Of a stretch of DNA of 27,845 bases, positions 24,277-27,845 are shown one piece after another (the stretch's first letter is position 1; every line of letters starts with the position of its first letter). Position numbers and translations under genes: made by a program. Source of the stretch: a virus (lineage: Duplodnaviria > Caudoviricetes); the IMG/VR virus record IMGVR_UViG_3300032231_000021, positions 1-27,845 of that record; one strand, given 5' to 3'. The notes under the pieces were generated by a model. It was not told the DNA's origin and did no database searches. It was given only the letters and a program-made list of their open reading frames with translations.

Positions 24277-27200
24277 TGGCAGAACCCCTCATCACTGAGG
24301 CAGACCAGGAGGAAGACCTGACTCTGCCTCCTGCTCCTGAAGTAGCCCCGGCTGCCGAAGGGGTTCCCCAAGAACCACCGCCTCCACAGCCCATCGAAGA
24401 AGAAGTTTCGGATGTGGATGCTAAACCCCCCGGGGAACCACCGGTAGCACCGGCCGAGCCTGTTCTAGCGGAGACGCCTCCGCCTGAGCCGGTCAACGAG
24501 TTCGACGCTAAGATCGCAGAGATTGACGCCAAGGACTACAACGAACTCTACGCTGTCACAGACAGTGATGTCTACAAGCCTGCCCACAGGCCGCTTACGG
24601 TCGAAGGGGCAGAGCAGTATTTGAAGATCAATGGCGGGCAGGACGACCGGGCAGACCCGAACACCCTGGACCTCCTGAGTTATGCAGCCTCGGACAACAT
24701 CCTGACTAGGACGCTGATCCATGACGCTACCTCAGGGGCCATATCGAACATCGCCCTGGACTACCTCGCCCCTGAGCTTCTGAAAGAAGACCCTAACTTC
24801 AAGATCGACGAGACTGACCCGTGGTTCATGTCTCTGCCCCCACACCAACAGCGGCAGATGATGGAGTCGAACAACGAGATCCACTCTCAGCTAATCAAGA
24901 ACCGGATCCTGCGCGAGCAGAAGATCGCGGACGAGTTTAGCCGGTCTGGGTGGGTCCAGTGGACCTCCGCGAGTGTCCTACAGCTTGTACTCGAAGGCGG
25001 ACCTATCGGTCTGGCCGGTCGTGGTATCTCGGCTGTCACGGGCGCTGGCAGGGCCATCAACTGGGCCGCCACTGGCTTCGGTAAGGCTGCGCAACTCGCT
25101 CAGAACTCCAGGTACCTCGGTGCCGTCAAGGGGTCCATGAACGGCTTAGCAGGTGCCTCTACAGAAGCCTTCATCTCGTACAACATGAACGTGATTGGCG
25201 AGAACGAAGCACTCACTCAGGCCGCCCTCGGGACTGGCTTCGGTGGTGTGATCGGGGCTATCAAGCCCTCCTGGATGGGCGTTCACAGAGTTGACGTCGA
25301 CCCGGTAGCTGCCAAGGCCGAGACCATTGACGCGCAAGCTGCGTTCCAGGCCAAGCAGGCCCGGGAGCGTGGTGAGGTCGTGGTCTATGGTGCCGAACAG
25401 GCCAAGCGTGGAGGGGACCCTGATGCCCCCTCTGGATCAACCGCACTCACCCCCCACAGGGCTCCGCTCGATGGGGACATCCTGTCACCCTCAGGGAAGG
25501 ACCAGACGGGTACCATACGGAACCGCCATGCTGACGATGCGGAGTTCGAGGACCTGTCCCCGGAGAACCGCAAGACCACCACCGCTGAGACCAAAGGGGC
25601 TGACCCTGAGGACCTTATCGGTAGTCGTGCCGACGACGCCCCGCAGATACGCGAGGTCATCTTCAAGTCCGACGCTAAGCAGGTAGTCCGGGAACGTGGC
25701 CAGTCTAAGAACGCCACGGCTCACCTGGACAACGATGCGGAGTTCCTGGACGATGCCTTCGGTATCCTCTACGGCAAGATGTCCCGTGCCAACGCCGACA
25801 TGCAGAAGCTCTTCGCTAATGCCTGGAGACGCCAAGGGTACCGCAACGAAGCAGCCCGCAAGGTCTGGACGATCGCAGGCAAGCGGGCCGATGACTTCGC
25901 TGCTAGGTCCGGTGATGACGTACGTCACGGCTGGGACAGTAAAGACGCGGCCATGAAGAACCTGGAGGAAGGCGAAGAGCTGGTCCAGGTCGAACTACCG
26001 GAAGGCACGAAGATCATCGAGGGCGGAGACGTCCTGGCTGACCGTGTCGGTGAAGCTGGCCAGATCATGTTTGGTGGTGGCAAGCTCGACGGCGGCCGCT
26101 TCAAGGCTGGACGGACGATCCCTAAGGGTAACCCGGATATGCTGCGTGGCAAGTATGCCGACGGACGGCCCATGCCCCCGGAGGCTATCGCTCGACGCAA
26201 CTCCACCATGGAGGACCTTAACAAGCAGATCGACGACCCTGAGAAGATCGACCCGATTGATCCTAACGAGGCTGGCTCCGGTATCGGTGCTGACCGCGTC
26301 ATGGACGACAAGGCGACTGTCCTGACCTCGGAGAATGCTACCAAGTGGGCACAAGACCCGGCCAATGCGCCCATGCGCGAAGGCTTTATCGGTCTGTCCC
26401 GCGTGGTCCGCATGATGCAGTCCAAGAACCCGTACCTAAGGTTGGGCACTCGGATGCTCTTCGGTGACTCGTTGATCTCTACCGGTAAGGACCGTGGGGG
26501 ACCCCCAATGTCCACCAGTGGTCTCTCCACCGAGCAGATGCTCCGTCAGGCCTTTGACCAGGACCAGGACCTCATCACTGATGTGTTCCGGTATGGCGAA
26601 GCTGCTTACTACAAGGAACTCACGGCCTCGGGGCGTAAAGCTCCTAAGGGCCGGAAGCTCAAGAAGGAGTTCTCGGTCAACCTCAAAGAGTGGCAGGCTT
26701 ACAAGAACGCCGGTCGCACCGCAGACTACACCGCCAAGTACGGCACGGCTCCACCGAAGTCCATCCAGGACGCCGGTAAGAAGCTGGACGATTGGAACAA
26801 GTCTATCCTGGAGGACATGCAGGATCCTGGGGCCAAGTATGGCAAGTCCGGGTCTGTACCTCCGGTGGCTGGGGCTGATCAGGTGGTCTGGAAGGAAGGG
26901 TACTTCCCGCAACAGGTCAGCAGCAACAAGATCGCTGCGTGGGCCAACAAGGGGTTCCCGGATGCTCTTAACCAGGTACTCAAGCGGGCTCTGTACAACA
27001 AGGCCCTCCAGACGAACCCTAACGTCAAGTTCGATGACTTCGAAGCCATAGCCAACCTCATCTCTGACGCGATGTACAAGGGCGGGACTACCAACTTCTA
27101 CGGTAGCCGTGTCCCGAGCTTCAAGACAGCCGAGGACCTGATCCAGCACGCCCAGAACTCTGGGCTTAACCTCTCCCCAGCGCGGATGCAGCAACTCCGG

Positions 27201-27845
27201 GACAGCTTCGACTTGTTCGTCGGGCAGTCCAAGGAAGCGACGTCCAACCTGAAGGAACGTATGGACATCGACATTCTTCAGAAGTACACCGTGAACGGTA
27301 AGGGCGGCAAGACAGAAGATCTGTCGATGCTGGACCTGCTCGAAGATGACTTGATGAACAGCCACCAGAACTACTCTCGGACCCACCGAGGGTGGACTGC
27401 CATGGCCAACTCGTACATCCCGGACAAGGAGACAGGCAAGGCTCAGACGGTACAGGTGCCGGTCGATCCTCAAGACCCCACCAAGGGCATGAAGGACCAG
27501 TATATCACCTTCAGTAACATGCAGCAAGTCAATCAGTACCTGCATGACCTGGAGCGGATCCACACTGACCTCCAGCTCGACCGGAAGAACTGGAACCCGT
27601 TCACTCAGAACACCGATGGTGAACCTAGCCTCTGGAGACAGGGGGACCGGGACATCATGCGCGAGTCGATGATGTGGATGATCAACCAGTCGGGCGAGAA
27701 GCCTAGCCGGTTCGCTCAGGTAGCTCGGATGTTGACTTTTGCCCAGATGTTGGGTAAGGGCGGCATGTCGACCCTCCAGGAGTCCATGTCTTACCTCGGT
27801 AGGACCGGGGTCCATGGGGCGATGCGCTACGTCGACGATCGGACG
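24276..27845 (+). CDS. gp16-like large internal virion protein D (partial, runs off the window)
   Basis: ATG 24276 overlaps the previous TAA. No stop-terminated ORF is listed in this frame and the window ends in frame, giving at least 1190 codons (MAEPLITEADQEEDLTLPPAPEV...). Confidence 0.8.
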   Translation, partial: MAEPLITEADQEEDLTLPPAPEVAPAAEGVPQEPPPPQPIEEEVSDVDAKPPGEPPVAPAEPVLAETPPPEPVNEFDAKIAEIDAKDYNELYAVTDSDVYKPAHRPLTVEGAEQYLKINGGQDDRADPNTLDLLSYAASDNILTRTLIHDATSGAISNIALDYLAPELLKEDPNFKIDETDPWFMSLPPHQQRQMMESNNEIHSQLIKNRILREQKIADEFSRSGWVQWTSASVLQLVLEGGPIGLAGRGISAVTGAGRAINWAATGFGKAAQLAQNSRYLGAVKGSMNGLAGASTEAFISYNMNVIGENEALTQAALGTGFGGVIGAIKPSWMGVHRVDVDPVAAKAETIDAQAAFQAKQARERGEVVVYGAEQAKRGGDPDAPSGSTALTPHRAPLDGDILSPSGKDQTGTIRNRHADDAEFEDLSPENRKTTTAETKGADPEDLIGSRADDAPQIREVIFKSDAKQVVRERGQSKNATAHLDNDAEFLDDAFGILYGKMSRANADMQKLFANAWRRQGYRNEAARKVWTIAGKRADDFAARSGDDVRHGWDSKDAAMKNLEEGEELVQVELPEGTKIIEGGDVLADRVGEAGQIMFGGGKLDGGRFKAGRTIPKGNPDMLRGKYADGRPMPPEAIARRNSTMEDLNKQIDDPEKIDPIDPNEAGSGIGADRVMDDKATVLTSENATKWAQDPANAPMREGFIGLSRVVRMMQSKNPYLRLGTRMLFGDSLISTGKDRGGPPMSTSGLSTEQMLRQAFDQDQDLITDVFRYGEAAYYKELTASGRKAPKGRKLKKEFSVNLKEWQAYKNAGRTADYTAKYGTAPPKSIQDAGKKLDDWNKSILEDMQDPGAKYGKSGSVPPVAGADQVVWKEGYFPQQVSSNKIAAWANKGFPDALNQVLKRALYNKALQTNPNVKFDDFEAIANLISDAMYKGGTTNFYGSRVPSFKTAEDLIQHAQNSGLNLSPARMQQLRDSFDLFVGQSKEATSNLKERMDIDILQKYTVNGKGGKTEDLSMLDLLEDDLMNSHQNYSRTHRGWTAMANSYIPDKETGKAQTVQVPVDPQDPTKGMKDQYITFSNMQQVNQYLHDLERIHTDLQLDRKNWNPFTQNTDGEPSLWRQGDRDIMRESMMWMINQSGEKPSRFAQVARMLTFAQMLGKGGMSTLQESMSYLGRTGVHGAMRYVDDRT

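Noticed and set aside
26494-27051. S/T/R/P-rich +1-frame ORFs in structural genes (also 9239-9562, 14816-15202, 21908-22447, 22988-23317)
   Set aside because: Their composition is the default shadow of C/G-ending codons, with no local codon shift or TM segment, unlike the nested ORFs reported.
75-27815. Many long minus-strand ORFs (e.g. 75-983, 1251-1868, 14260-15369, 21937-22884, 26436-27815)
   Set aside because: They lie antisense to well-supported + strand genes and have the V/L/D/G/H-rich composition expected from mirrored C-ending codon bias, with no recognisable motifs.
1-27845. CRISPR arrays, tRNAs, introns/inteins, integrase or transposase
   Set aside because: None seen by eye. RNR, helicase and polymerase are uninterrupted and of normal or short length, and intergenic spaces are too small for arrays.

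Overview
A 27.8-kb internal segment of a GC-rich T7-like podophage (Autographiviridae-type). All credible genes are on the + strand. Left part, nucleotide metabolism and replication: class II (B12-dependent) ribonucleotide reductase, gp4-like primase-helicase, family A DNA polymerase (Tyr762 type), gp6-like exonuclease and a gp1.7/DUF3310-like kinase, followed by a terminator. Right part, morphogenesis: gp6.5/6.7/7.3-like proteins, portal, scaffold, major capsid, tail tubular A and B, and gp13-16-like internal virion proteins (the last one runs off the window). An alphaproteobacterial host is inferred but not shown. Most unusual observations: (1) a recurring set of small ORFs, mostly membrane micro-proteins with their own Shine-Dalgarno (SD) sites, overprinted in the +1 frame inside the helicase, polymerase and tail tubular B genes, each marked by a local switch of the host gene to T-ending codons; (2) a four-gene insert between scaffold and capsid (membrane-anchored TIGR02594-like lysin, beta-rich protein, membrane protein, sulfotransferase), preceded by two hairpins with anti-SD loops; (3) a head-spike base and fibre pair resembling that of the Rhodobacter gene transfer agent; (4) a lectin-like domain inserted in tail tubular B and a possible degenerate ADP-ribosyltransferase fold in the gp16-like protein. 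All family assignments come from motif recognition by eye; no searches were run.
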